From: Asterias rubens
Taxonomy: Eukaryota
Direction of reading: 5' to 3'
Assembly (NCBI RefSeq): GCF_902459465.1
Contig: NC_047072.1
Span: forward strand, 8,742,001 to 8,806,000
DNA: 64,000 nt
Shown: one piece after another, positions 25,056 through 37,461 of the stretch
Layout: each line of letters starts with the position of its first letter
How positions within the stretch are numbered: the stretch's first letter is position 1
The notes under the pieces: model-generated
Told to the model about the DNA's origin: nothing
The model's database searches: none
What the model saw: the letters and a program-made list of their open reading frames with translations, nothing else
Translations under genes and position numbers: made by a program

Positions 25056-25291
25056 GGCTCTTATTTTGCAAAGCAGCTATTCTGCTTGTGTTTCTTCTTC
25101 TTGTTTCTTCCTCTCTCATTCTACACCGCGGCTAAGAATAAACACTGCCACCACATGTCAAGTCACTGGCTTCCTTATTCCAAACTGGTAGAGAAAAAAT
25201 TGGAAAACCTTAAGTTGTATATTCTTATTGTAAAGTGAAGTATTTGTGTAATGTATTTGGTGTTTTCTGCCGTGTTTTGTTTTTAAGTCAC

Positions 25292-25439
25292 CTGGGGTGG
25301 ATTTCACAGAGAGTTAGGACCAGTTTTATTCCGAGTTCAGACGAGTCACTCGTCCTAATTGTTTAGTAAGTTTTTAGTATCTCTTACGACTAGTCCTAAG
25401 TTAGGAACTAGTCTTAACTCTTTGTGAAATCGACCCCCG
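25292..25439. mobile_element. Family E MITE
   Basis: ctg|gggtggatttcacag ... ctttgtgaaatcgaccc|ccg. Confidence 0.82.
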
Positions 25440-25519
25440 ATTCTCTGTGTATCAGCGCCATTATTGGATTTGTGATAGATTTTAGGGCTGGATAAAATTG
25501 TTATTGCCGCCAAAAATGT

Positions 25520-25780
25520 ATGTTTATTTTTTTATTTTTTTATTATTATTATTTTATTTTATTTGCCATAACAGTACAAAACAAAATACATTGACAATAA
25601 TTAAACCCCGAGATGGGCAAGGGAAAACAAAAGCAAATACATACTATGATCCGTAGATCTGTTGCCCCACATCTGGGGTACACAATAAAAATTAATATAG
25701 ATTTAACATAATATAGTACACAAAGCAATAATAAAAGCAGATAATTATACAACCATCTGTAAATAATAAACATCTTATAA
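25520..25780 (-). mobile_element. Probable LINE 3' UTR remnant
   Basis: On the minus strand ends ...ggcaaataaaataaaataa with an (AAAAT)n-like tail; no RT motif seen. Confidence 0.35.
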
Positions 25781-26351
25781 GAATTTTATTTTATTTTATA
25801 TAAACTATTACGAACATTGGCCTTACAATAGCAGTCTTCATTCCAGACGTATTTGACGCGACCCTTGTTATCATCCGTTTCCTTCATCATTAAACAAGTT
25901 CTCCCAAGATGCCTATTAAGACTACATCGTAATTTTTTTCCCAAATCCGCGGTTAAGGTTTTTACGTCGAGGAACAAAACCTTGGAAATAATGATATAAT
26001 TGTCAACAAATAATATGTCCACGCAGGGAGAATTATCCCTCTTATACGAATACACAATCTAAGTGGTGCCTTACCGCGTGCGGTACTCAAAAATGTGATG
26101 AAGCAAAAACAAGTGAAATCTTTTCCCATAATTGCAGAACATCGAAATGACACTTTTCTCAAAAGGTATTATATCTATACAGAGTTGTTGTACTTCTTAT
26201 CACGTTATAATTTGCATGGTCATTACCAAACGTATACAGATCATTTTATAAAACTAATTTATGTTGAAAGTTTTTTTTTTAATCTGAAATTTATCTTTTT
26301 TTAAAGAAGTTCTACAACCCTGTCCCCATCTCCCCCTCTCTCTTAATTCAT

Positions 26352-26727
26352 TTAATGGCAGTGGACACTATGGGTAATTTTTCAAAATAATTATTAGCAT
26401 AAAACCTTACTTGGTAACTTTCAGATGCCTGATTTCGAGACCTCAAATTCTAAACCTGAGGTCTCGAAATCAAATTCATGGAAAATTACTTCTTTCTCGA
26501 AAAAACTACGTTCCTTCAGAGGGAGCTGTTACTACCAACCTCTCCCCATTACTCGCACACAACTTCGTGTGACAAGGGTGTTTTTTCTTTAATTATTAAA
26601 CTCGCAACTTTGACCACCAGTTGAGCTCCAATTTTCACAAGTTTGTTGTTGTATGCATATTATGTTGAGATACACCAAGTAAGAAGAATAGACTTTGCCA
26701 ATAACCAATAGTGACCAGTGTCTTTAA
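26352..26727. mobile_element. Family A MITE, rearranged
   Basis: ttaa|tggcagtggacactatgggtaatt ... accaatagtgaccagtgtct|ttaa. Confidence 0.8.
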
Positions 26728-27766
26728 ACAAAAAAATAATAATCTAATCATTTTGTAAGGCATTTCTTTGTGTCGTTAAATCTTGAGAACCAAAATGGCG
26801 GACAGTGTTCGTCTGCGAAATAAAAGGAAACGCTACACAATTTCGAGGGATATGTGAACTCGCAAAGTTTACTTTCTTACATCTGTCCAGCCGTGTCTAT
26901 TTCATTTTGTTAAATCGATTATCGAAGCCAAAGGTGCCAAATTCGAAGGTAATTTTTCTATAGATACACTATGAGAAACCTCCCACGCAATAAAACAAAC
27001 TTTTGGGTAAAATATCAAATGGCATTATGACAGACGTCATCGTAGCTCGAATCCTCTATCTCTCTCTCAAAACCTGATTGATGTTAACACAATCAATTAC
27101 CAAGGAAACCAGGGCATAGTAACTGGCCGCTGTCAATACTCAACTAATTGACTGTGCAAAATGCTGTCATTGCTGTTTGCACGTTTGGTATACTACAGCG
27201 CTACCTTGGTAACCACAGTTTCCTAGACAATGTTTCCCCGACGTGTGACTTTATTTTTTAGTTCACTTTGCAAGAACATACTAGTACAGACAAATATTAT
27301 ACAAACTGGAGATAATTAACGTGGCCTTTAAAAATGACTCACTTCCTAAGGTCGAAACGTCAGTCAATTTAATTTTCTTTTGCATTTGTAACAAAATCTT
27401 CTTTTGAGTAAATTTCGAAAACAAATAGAATACAAAAGGTATCATTAATTTTGTAGCCACAGTGTTAAGGTGCGCTGTTTAAATCATGGCCGGCTCAAAC
27501 TAAATACTCAAATACCATCAAATAATGTGTGTGAATAATTTGAAAACTAAACAAAAATAACGTGTTTTCAACAATATTAGTGTTTCGATTGTGATGTCAA
27601 TTTAAAAGTAAGGTTGTTGCGCAGGTTTCTTAAGGTGCTATTTGCTCAACTTTAAAAGTCTTTTAGATAGAAATGGTTGATTTTTGTTTGAGTGGGTCGT
27701 TTGTCTGATAATTATTTATACTAATTCGTAAACATTACATTAAAAATGTAACCGTTGACACATTTA

Positions 27767-28035
27767 TTAAAGGCAGTGGACGCTATTCTCAAAATAATTT
27801 TAAGCATAAATCCTTACTTGGTTACGAGTAATGGGGAGAGGTTGATAGTATAAAACATTGGGATAAACGGTTCCCTCTGAAGTGATATGGTTGTCGAGAA
27901 AGAAGTAATTGTCCACAAATTTGATTTCGAGACCTCAAGTTTAGAACTTGAGGTCTCGAAATCAACCATCTGAAAGCACACAACTTCGTGTGACAATTTT
28001 TTCTTCTTCTTTCATTCTTATCTCACAACTTCGTT
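27767..28035. mobile_element. Family A MITE, truncated
   Basis: ttaa|aggcagtggacgctatt plus the family A core gatttcgagacctcaagtttagaacttgaggtctcgaaatc. Confidence 0.8.
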
Positions 28036-28353
28036 TAAACATGTGCTGCCACCATTACGTGACTTCCCTTGTTTATGTTGTTGAGTCTCTGAATGACATT
28101 AATCACAGTCCCTTTATAGCTTTCTTTCATTCTTCAGACTTCCCCCTTTCTTCTTCCAGTCTTCTTTACTTCTCCTCTTTTCGTAAAAACAATAAAATCA
28201 TCGTCAATATGAATGGATCCACGGCTAGGTGTCGCTCTGGTGACACAGTACAAATATTGGACTTGGTTTACCTATCCCACTGATTGAAAAGGTAAAGGAA
28301 CAATGCATACACGTAATGATGTATGCAACTTGATTATAGACCGAGTGTGCGGC

Positions 28354-28490
28354 ACCTAAATGTAGCCCGAGCCCTAAATGTAGCCTGACCTAAATGTAGC
28401 CCCAAACATGTACCTAAATGTAGCCCGGACCTAAATGTAGCCCAAACATGTAACTAAATGCAGCCCGGACCTAAATGTAGCCCCAAACAA
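28354..28490. repeat. Tandem array of cctaaatgtagccc-based units (17-24 bp)
   Basis: Seven units; degenerate relatives at 48000-48290 including a reverse-complement copy, so probably subterminal repeats of a TIR element. Confidence 0.8.
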
Positions 28491-28569
28491 ACCGAGCCAT
28501 GATCTGCGAATTTTTAACACACCGCGGGCACAAACCTTTTGTTTTGCATAAACTGCTGTTTATTATTGT

Positions 28570-29280
28570 TATAGAGATCAGTGTGTACCATAACAGCAAT
28601 GTTTGGTTACAATATAAAATTTCTCCTGACGACTTCTAGAGCAAGCTAGTCGAAACGTTGAGACCAATTTAAAGGAACACGTTGCCTTGGATCGGTCGAG
28701 TTGGTCTTTGAAAAGCGTTTGTAACCGTTTGTTATAAAATGCATATGGTTGGACAGATGTTTTAAAGTAGAATACAATGATCCACACAAACACGCCTCGA
28801 ATTTGCACGGTTTTCCTTTTACCTCGTCGACGAACACGGTCGGCCATTTTTGCGAGTATGGCCGACCGTCTTAGTTCGCAAAGTAAAATGAAAACCACGA
28901 AATTTCGAGGCAAATTTGTGTGGATCATTGTATTCTACTTTTAAAACATCTTTCCAACCATATGCATTTTATAACAAACAGTTATAAACGCTTTTTAAAG
29001 ACCAACTCGTCCGATCCAAGGCAACGTGTTCCTTTAAGAACTGACTCCGCGCAAGTGCAGTAACGATCCTATAAGCTAAAGTAGTATTCCCAGTTAATTT
29101 TCTATACATTTCGCCCGGGTAGTAATACAAAACGCATGACAGTTCTTTTCGGAACTGAGAAATCTTCCGATCAAAGCGAAAACATCTACTCCGCGGTAGT
29201 AACATTAGCAAGACAGTTCTCAAAAGAACACACTCTACCCGGCAAGAAGTTACACACAAGCATTGTCTTACCGCAAACCC
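28570..29280 (+). mobile_element. Penelope-like pLTR remnant with a hammerhead core (28621-28663), split by a family B MITE
   Basis: tctc-CTGACGA-ctt-CTAG-agcaag-CTAG-tc-GAAAC-GTT-gaga; PLE assignment inferred from the known association of minimal type I hammerheads with PLEs. Confidence 0.6.
28669..29037. mobile_element. Family B fold-back MITE (TTAA TSD)
   Basis: ttaa|aggaacacgttgccttggatcgg ... ccgatccaaggcaacgtgttcct|ttaa. Confidence 0.92.
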
Positions 29281-31535
29281 CCCCCCCCCCCCAAAAAAAA
29301 AAAAAAAATAAAATAAAAATATTAATAATATAAAAATTCATAAGATGCCCTCTTTTATTTCCAGTCCTGTGAAATTGCTTTTTCTACGCTAACACCCGAA
29401 GCCAAACAGAGAGCAATGCCTAATCTGTAAGAAAACAGTTCGAAACTGAAATGATCTTGGAACAAAATTAAGCGTGCTCATTTTCCACAAGCCCCTAATG
29501 TGACAATAATATGGGTAATTGAGGAGAAGTCATGCGCCGAATACATCTCGGAGGGGGAAAACATGTTCTCTGAGTGGAAATGAAACTTTGTTTTATTGCA
29601 TGACTAGGGGGTGCGTTTAGTGAACATGTCCATGAATTATTGTTGACCTATGCGTACATTAAAGACGGGGCACAATTCACATAGTTGTAATGCTCGAGAT
29701 AGAAACAAGTCATGTTTTTTTTATGATCAGGTTAGTTTTATTGCCATACATACCGTTTATTATGAGAAACTGCATGGAGTGCACTGCAAACTGGGCGGTT
29801 AAAATTGATACCAAATTTGTTGTCATATTTACAGATACCTACCAAAATAATACAAAATTACACCGAGGGTATTTAAATAACTCTTATTTCTGCCAACACT
29901 GGTGTTCTTTTAACACCATATAATGCTGATATTGTTGTTCACCGCTTGGGTATTTTTATGACACCACACATGGTGTAAATTTTAACACGCCCATTGTTTT
30001 GCAGTGTGAACAATTTCCCACAAATACCCGGTGTCAATGCTGTCTGAAATTGTTCAATTTGTAACGCATTGATAATAGAGCCTCATTAGGTACACTTTAT
30101 GAAACCTGGAGATTTGCTCACCAAGGAGCAAGCTAACAAGGCTACTCATTATAGACGCTTACCCGAAATAATCCTTGAAACTCTACCTCCCTGAAAATTC
30201 CCCCTTTTATCTTCCTTTGCCCCTCCCCTCCCACACTTCCCTCACTAATCAGCATGCTGTTCATACGTTCAGGATAAACTGTCTACCCTAACTGGCTACA
30301 CTGGAGAGTCACTCGACTTGAATGGCGGCACAATTTCCTGGAACACACTTATTAGGCAGAAACAACATCCAACACTTAACAGCACAAAAGCCCTAAGGCC
30401 AAATTTATCTAAGCTGTTAAGCAGGATAATTCTGGATTAGCAGCAAAAACTACAAACCTTGTTATGCAAATTGTGTGTGACCGTTTGTCAGTCACAATTT
30501 CTTGTTATCTATTATTATGTAAAATGTAAGGCAAAATTAAAAAAAAAAATGAATAAGAAAAAAGGTCGAAAATATATAACTGAAATCGACATTCAGTTTT
30601 AGTTGTTTCTATTTGTTATGTTCTGTTTGTTTGATAATTTCCCCTGGTCATAAACTACAAAGCTGCCAAAGGACGTTAAAAACTACTGAGCTGGGAAAGC
30701 ATTGGTCTAAAACACCTGCAGTGTCATAGGCACTGCTTTGTTCTACGGTGTTTTGGATAATTGGAATAGTGGGTTATTATTCAAAGGTTGATGTGTATTG
30801 GTGAATGGGTGACAGAACATTTTCTAAAACAACTTTTTTGCATAACTTAAATATTAAAATAATATTCAACTAGAAGTATAAAACAATATTATGTAGAACT
30901 TAAATATTTTAACATTCATTATTATGAATAAAAAAATGAGCATGTTTTCTACTTGGTTTGAGTCACTATTTTAATCCGGAGAATACTGGGGGGGGGGGGT
31001 AACCCATGAGGTCCTTGGGCCACCATCTATGCCCCGCATGTCCTCAGGAGGGCTGGTAAAACGCATTAAGAGTATAGGCCTCGTTTGGGCTAAGTTCTTA
31101 TCTAAAGGCACCTAGTTATCACCACGTCGTGTAGGTTCAATGGCTTTAAGTGGTGCGAGAGGCAACTTGTTGCGTTGCAGCACCCCGTAGAGGAAGGTTT
31201 TAAGAGGTTTTAAATGGACACTGGATACCATGGGATGTTACGGCTGTCTGATTTTGAACCCCCGTTTGGAGGGTGGATCCCTTGGTGAAGTTTGAGCAAA
31301 GCCCCCGGTGGGAATCTGCTCTGTTTGCGGGGTTTACGCTTTAAACCTCATCATGGTTTGGTAAAAAAAGGTGTAACATACTTGAGTTGTTTCAAAAGTG
31401 CAGGTAGGCCTATCTTTTTTTTTTTTTTTTTACATGTTTGTACTTTTTGCAAAGTTTAAGAGACAAATATTTTGCAGTTCTAGAAAAAAAAGGTTGGCAC
31501 ATAATATCGACTTTGGGATTTGATATCGATTGTTA

Positions 31536-31925
31536 TTAAAGACAATGGACACTATTTGTAATTGTTAAAGACCAGTCTTCTTACTTGGTGTATCTCAACA
31601 TATGCATACAATAACAAACCTGTGAACATTTGAGCGTGATTGGTCGTCGGAGTTGCGAGATAACTATTAAAGAAAAAAACACCATTGTCACACGAAGTTG
31701 TGTGCTTTCAGAATGCTTGATTTCGAGACCTCAAATTCTAAACTTGAGGTCTCGAAATCAAAATCGTGGAAAATTACTTCTTTCTCGAGAACTACGTCAC
31801 TTTAGAAGGAGCCGTTTCTCACGATGTTTTATACCATGTCTGCCTCTCCCCATTACTCGTCACCAAAAAAGGTTTTGCGTTAATAATTATTTTGAGTAAT
31901 TACCAATAGTGTCCACTGCCTTTAA
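31536..31925. mobile_element. Family A MITE, full length
   Basis: ttaa|agacaatggacactatt ... ttaccaatagtgtccactgcct|ttaa. Confidence 0.9.
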
Positions 31926-31984
31926 CAACCCCTCCAACTGAATCCCTAATACAACTCGACACATTTGGTAAAATGTCGAAGCCC

Positions 31985-32255
31985 AGTAGCCTCACTTGGT
32001 GTATCCCATTAATTATATGCATATAAAACATTTGTGACAACTTGGACTCAGTTTGTCATCAAAGTTGCTTGAAAACAATTAAAGAAAAAACACCATTGTT
32101 GCACAATTTTGTGTGCTTTCAGATGCCTATCTTTCTTATAAACTACCTTACTTCAGAGGGAGCCGTTTCTCACAATGTTTTATACTATCAACATCTCTCC
32201 TTTGCTCGTTACCAAATAAGATTTTATGCTGATGTATATTTTGAGTAATTACCGA
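31985..32255. mobile_element. Family A variant MITE, partial
   Basis: ctcacttggtgtatccc ... attttgagtaattacc. Confidence 0.65.
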
Positions 32256-32261
32256 ACCTGA

Positions 32262-32507
32262 GCAGCAAGCGATTTCACGAATGCTGGGATTAATCCTATC
32301 TCGAGTTGGGACGAGTAGCCCGTCCTATAACTAATGAAGGGTTCAATGCGTCCTAACTTCTACGGTTACCAAACTTAACTCGTCGTAAGTCCTAAGATTA
32401 AACCCTAGTTTGTTTTTGGGTGAAATCGATGGTTGTTCCAGACCTTTAACTTGTCATAAGTCCTCAGATTAAACCCAAGTTTGTTTTTGGTGAAATCGAC
32501 GGTTGTT
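32262..32507. mobile_element. Family E variant MITE with a duplicated right end
   Basis: gcgatttcacg ... gtgaaatcgatggttgttc, then a second ~70-bp copy ending gtgaaatcgacggttgttc. Confidence 0.65.
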
Positions 32508-34519
32508 CATTTAAATCAGCGCGCCCTCAACATGGTCTGGTCAGAACGGATGGACCTAATTGTTGAAGTCATAAAAAATTCTATCTGCATTCGGAGATGA
32601 AAAAAACCCTCAATACTTAACTATATGTGCAGTAATGGGATCACCCCTCGAAATGCACTATTGATGGCCACAACCTAACGGCTTGGAACGCCGCCACGCT
32701 AGGGGCGTACAATTCTCCAATTTGAAACACCATCGCCCCCAAATCTAAAGATTTAATTCATTTTCCCTTTTCAGCCGATGACTGAATAAGATATCAAGGT
32801 AATAGGGAATTATGCGATAAAACACCCCTAGCTCTCTTGTACGGATTAATAGGTATAGGTGAGATTGGGTGGACTCTAGATTGGCATTGAGATTTTTTTT
32901 CTTTAAATGGGTATTATAAAAAATATGCTCTCTCATGCGCGACCCTACGCCTGTATCGACCCAATTGCATTGCTCTGCTCATCGTAAGTATAGAATCGGC
33001 GCTTACGTCAAGCGTCGTTCACGGCTTTGCATGTGTATGCGTAACTAGGCTTTCTTCGCTTACGGTGCGCAGCCGTCGCTTGCAAAGTAAGTGGCGAATG
33101 GTGACCGTTAGCGCAGACTTCGGCCTTAAGCAGGGCCATGAAATTAAGCTATGATCATCTGGCGGCGAACTTGATTGTGTTCATTGGATTACCGGTCTGG
33201 ATTGTCCGATTGATGAGGGTCGGGCATTTGGTTTTATACTTGCCGATTCTATATGCACTGTTTTTATGAGGGTCTTCTTTGCGCATTTGGCTGTTCAAGT
33301 CTTGTTTCTTCAAAATTAGTTGGATTTAATTCCGTATGATCGAAGTCTTGTTGGATTTGTATACCGGGTGTGGTAAAGGGCTGCTACGGGTGAGTGCGGT
33401 TAAATTAACAAGATATTTTGTAAACAAAAATATATATATATATATTGATGCTTTAGACCCTCAATCCAGTCTTCTCACTCATGATAACTATGCCTTAAAA
33501 AATGCGCTGGACACCTTTGCGTAATCGCTAAAAATGTATAAACAAGCTGTTGGTAGTATGAAACATTGTGAGAATTGTCTGTTTTTTCTTCCAGTCTCAA
33601 GTCAGTATTTTAAAATTACATTCTGCATGGAAATGGGAACAAAACGTCTTTAGCGGTACTTCTTGAAGCAAAAATCTGACAGAGTGTCACGATTTTTTTG
33701 CAAATCATGAGGCGTTTTATTGCTATAAAAGTACTATGTGTGCCTAACTCCCTTTTCCAGACACACGTGTTTTCAAAGATAAGATTGCCACTTATTTGCA
33801 CTTCACAAAATCCATACAAAAACTGTCACATCATAACGACCATGACAAGTATCTTTCCCGGCAACTAAATATTTGCTAAATTTTTCCTTCGAAGAAAAGT
33901 CACCGGTACTACTGAGATTCTTTAAGTACATTGACCATGTTTGAGAAATCGATTAAGTCAAGTCTGTGGCATGAAAAGTACAAGTAGTCTCAAAGATATA
34001 TTTCGCACAATGGCTTTGGAAGGTAGACTTGTCGACTGTTCGATCAACCCTTAGCTCGGGTTCCGACTCGGGGTCGGGCTCTGGATCAGAAATATTAATT
34101 GATGCCGGAGCAGTGTTGGTCTTAAAACATCAAACGGAGCCCGGAGCCGGAACATGAGACAACTCAATTCAACTCAATATTTGGTTAGTCATGTAAAAAA
34201 GTACATGAAATTCATTTTCCTGGTGTGAACATTTTATGTAAAAAAAATAAAAAATCAAAAATACATTTCAAAAACATATGAACATGGAACCAGCCCTTGC
34301 AGTCTTTCAAATCTTTTCATTTTGCAATCAGTGCAGTCAGCCACAATATTGATAGTATCGCAGAATGCTATTGGTTTTTTTAGTAACTATATACTTCTAC
34401 ATGTTATGACCTTAACACATTTCTTTGTTATAAATCATGTTGATATTATACACCATTGTTAGAAACGACCCTTTTTGACTTAAATTGCTAATTTTTCACT
34501 CCAAAATGTGTAGCTTGTA

Positions 34520-34695
34520 TACTTCAGGCATAAAGACATTCTCAGACAGGCATTTGAAAACACACAATTCCCAATGGTGTTTTCTGTTAATTTTTCTTGC
34601 AACTTCTATGACAAATGAGCCATAATTGTCACGGTGTTTTTTTTATCCATGTTGGGATACACAACACTGGTCTTTGTCATATACACTGCCTTTAA
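34520..34695. mobile_element. Old family A variant remnant
   Basis: cttgcaacttctatgac ... gttgggatacac ... cactgcct|ttaa. Confidence 0.5.
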
Positions 34696-35399
34696 AAAAG
34701 GTAAACATCGGTTATTATATTAATGTCAACTATTTGTTTTTTGATCTTTCTGCATAGACGTGTTGTTGAAAAGTATTCATATAATATTTCAATTTAACTA
34801 ACTTTTCAATGTAGGACCTTCAAAGTAAATTATAGGGGGCTTTCACGCCAAAACATGTGCTTCTCTAGTTAGAAAACTATTTTAACGCAAAATATATAAT
34901 TATATTTATATTTATACATAGTTTTAAATGATTCCGGCAAGTGGCGGCTATCCGCTGTTGGATATCAATAATAAAAAATAAAAAAGATAAACAAGAAAAA
35001 GTTATATAACCAGCTATAAACGTCATGCACTGTATACCAATATTGTAGATGGTACATGGCTAGTTTCTGCAAACAGCAATTGACGCAAACACGCTTGCCT
35101 AGGTTGCAATTTTAATTTTGAGACCGGAGCTTTCAAGGACCGTCTTCTCGATTGTGAAAGTTATAAAATCTCGCACGGAAAAATCTTGCGGGAATCTTTG
35201 GGATTAAAAAGATAAATTATTGATAAGGAATGTTCGTTTTTTTCTTTCCACTTCGTGTAATTACCGTAAAGCTTATATAGTTGACGTTATTTGTTTGATA
35301 CGGGATATAGATGATAAGCCTAGGCTATTTTACGTCCAGGGTCCTCTATTGGCCAACACATACACCTTTAAGTGTAGAAATATCTCCCCTTAATATTTC

Positions 35400-35760
35400 A
35401 AAATTCGCGAACTGCCCTCTCCCACCCAGCCCCCAAATAAACACACTCTGTCAAAGTTGACAACCTCTGTAAAATTGTACTATTGACGGAATGGCAGTGC
35501 ACTGCCTCTTCCATGTTGATCTAATGGCGTCACCGCTAAATTCTCAAAGTGAGGAATATCGCTCTGATGCTCGGGTAAGGTTAATTTCCACGTTTGCTTT
35601 GGAATGAGAAGTGCTTGAAACTTGGTAACTCACATCTTTTTTTTCTTCTCTTTCTCCTGTTTTCAATCGTTTCTTGTGAAGATCCTTTTCCCGCGCGCGC
35701 GTCAATGCAGACGGTAATTTGTCACGGGCGGTCAGACAGATATTTTTGGTGAAGTGTTTG
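35400..35760 (+). promoter_or_regulatory. Candidate promoter or non-coding first exon of the receptor
   Basis: The ATG exon has a splice acceptor, so an upstream UTR exon is implied. CpG-richer patch (cccgcgcgcgcgtc) and donor-like cgg|gtaagg at 35575. TSS cannot be determined from sequence. Confidence 0.25.
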
Positions 35761-36442
35761 ACTTCCCTTTCAGCAGAGTAAATGACACAGTTAGATGTGG
35801 CGGGGACGACGCTATTTCTTTTTCTTAAAGACTCAATTGTGTGCGGTTAGACTTAATCAAGATTGAATGATACGATCGGATACCTGTGAAATTGTGCAGC
35901 TCTTTTGAGCTATCCTTTAAAAATAGTATTCTCAGTGGTGAACAGTGCCCAAGTTCGCTCATGCATCTACAGCGATTTAAAGGACTAATTGTTTTGGGTG
36001 GCAAGGACCCGCAATTTAGACTGTTTATTATTCAAAATTCATTTGCTGAAAAGGAAATTGTAGAAACTTTATTGCAGTTTGTGAGCTCAGATTTAGATGA
36101 AAATTTTAATGAAAAGATTAGTTACAGAAGCTGCACTTAATTTGAAAACGTTATACAGTGCAGCTTTCAATTTTTCCGTGGTCCCGTTTTTACTGTTTCA
36201 GTTTTTAAATCTTGCAAGGCGCCAAGGGCAATATTGAGGTGGGACTTTACGTTGTAAACAAATGAATTATAAAAGTGTAGGGAGTCGACACTTTATTAAA
36301 AATAAAATAGAGACATTTTTATCAAGTAGTTACTTTAAAATGTGTTGGTATCTATATAATAAAGTAGAGACCAACTTCCTACCCGCGGCGCTGCGATATC
36401 CGACTATGCGTTTGCGCTCGGTACCTCGCCCCTCGATGACGA

Positions 36443-36505
36443 GGTCGTTGCCTTGTGATAAAAGCCCTCGCCTTCGGCACGGGCCTATATCACACGGCAA
36501 CGACC
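36443..36505. repeat. GC-rich hairpin (17/18-bp arms plus inner stems)
   Basis: ggtcgttgccttgtgata ... gcc-ttc-ggc ... tatcacacggcaacgacc. Confidence 0.8.
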
Positions 36506-37382
36506 ATGCCTGTTTTAAACGGCCGTGAAGAACTAGTCGCTACAATTCCTTAATAAGGTATTTCGTATGAGGTACATCACCAATAAGATACAGGTGAAAC
36601 AAAATGGTAATGTTTCCGTCCAGTCCGACTCGGTCACGTATAACAGTTCACGATTCACCCTCGATTCAAGTTAATTTTGTATTTTATAAAAAATAAAAAT
36701 AAACTCTAAATCAGGTTTCTAGGTCAAGGGTGCTTTGTATTCCCCTCCTGGGTGAAGAAGAGCTCATCTCAAGTTACTTTAATTGAAGATGTGACATGAT
36801 TGAAAACATCCTTGTCTGAAAATGTGAGAATGACCCTTGACCTTGTGTTAATAGCTCAAGATGGAATCGATCTAGACACTTGAAATACTAGCAAACTTTG
36901 TAAGAAGGAAGTGCAAATGGGTTCGTGTGTGATTTTTGATATCGTCAAAACCGGTACAATTTCTTCTAGTAACAATTTGGGATAACCAGACACGTTAATT
37001 ATGAGTTATTCAATCATCTTAAAGCTTCTTGTCATCTGTGAGAAAAGTACTGTGAGTTTGTACATTTGTACTAAATGAAAGCTATTAATGTTAACCAATC
37101 TCGATTAAAAATATTTGTTCCTTTTTTTCATTTTTATTTTTACTGTTGCCATTTTAAATGTTTAAATGCTTGTTTGTTTTGAATCAGCTTCATCTGTCAA
37201 AATTCATGCGGAAAGGAGAAACAAATTGTTGTTATTTTGGTGACTGAGCAGTGAAGTCTTCATGTTCCTACATTGGAACAGTATGTTTTATACTTGGGAA
37301 AACCCTGTCTTTACGCAAACAATTATAAATCCCGTTTGTCTAATCTTTACCTTGTCATTGATATTACTTCTAGGCCGTCATC

Positions 37383-37461
37383 ATGACGTCACTACACGTA
37401 ATTCTGTTGGTGTTCATCCTTACGCATGTCTGCTGTGGAATGAGATTGAAACATGAAGCCG
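37383..37461 (+). CDS. RXFP1-like: Coding exon 1: signal peptide MTSLHVILLVFILTHVCCGMRLKHEA
   Basis: Acceptor ttacttctag ends at 37373, ATG at 37383 in context catcATGa, hydrophobic core, donor G|gtgagt at 37462. Phase 1 matches exon 2. Confidence 0.85.
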
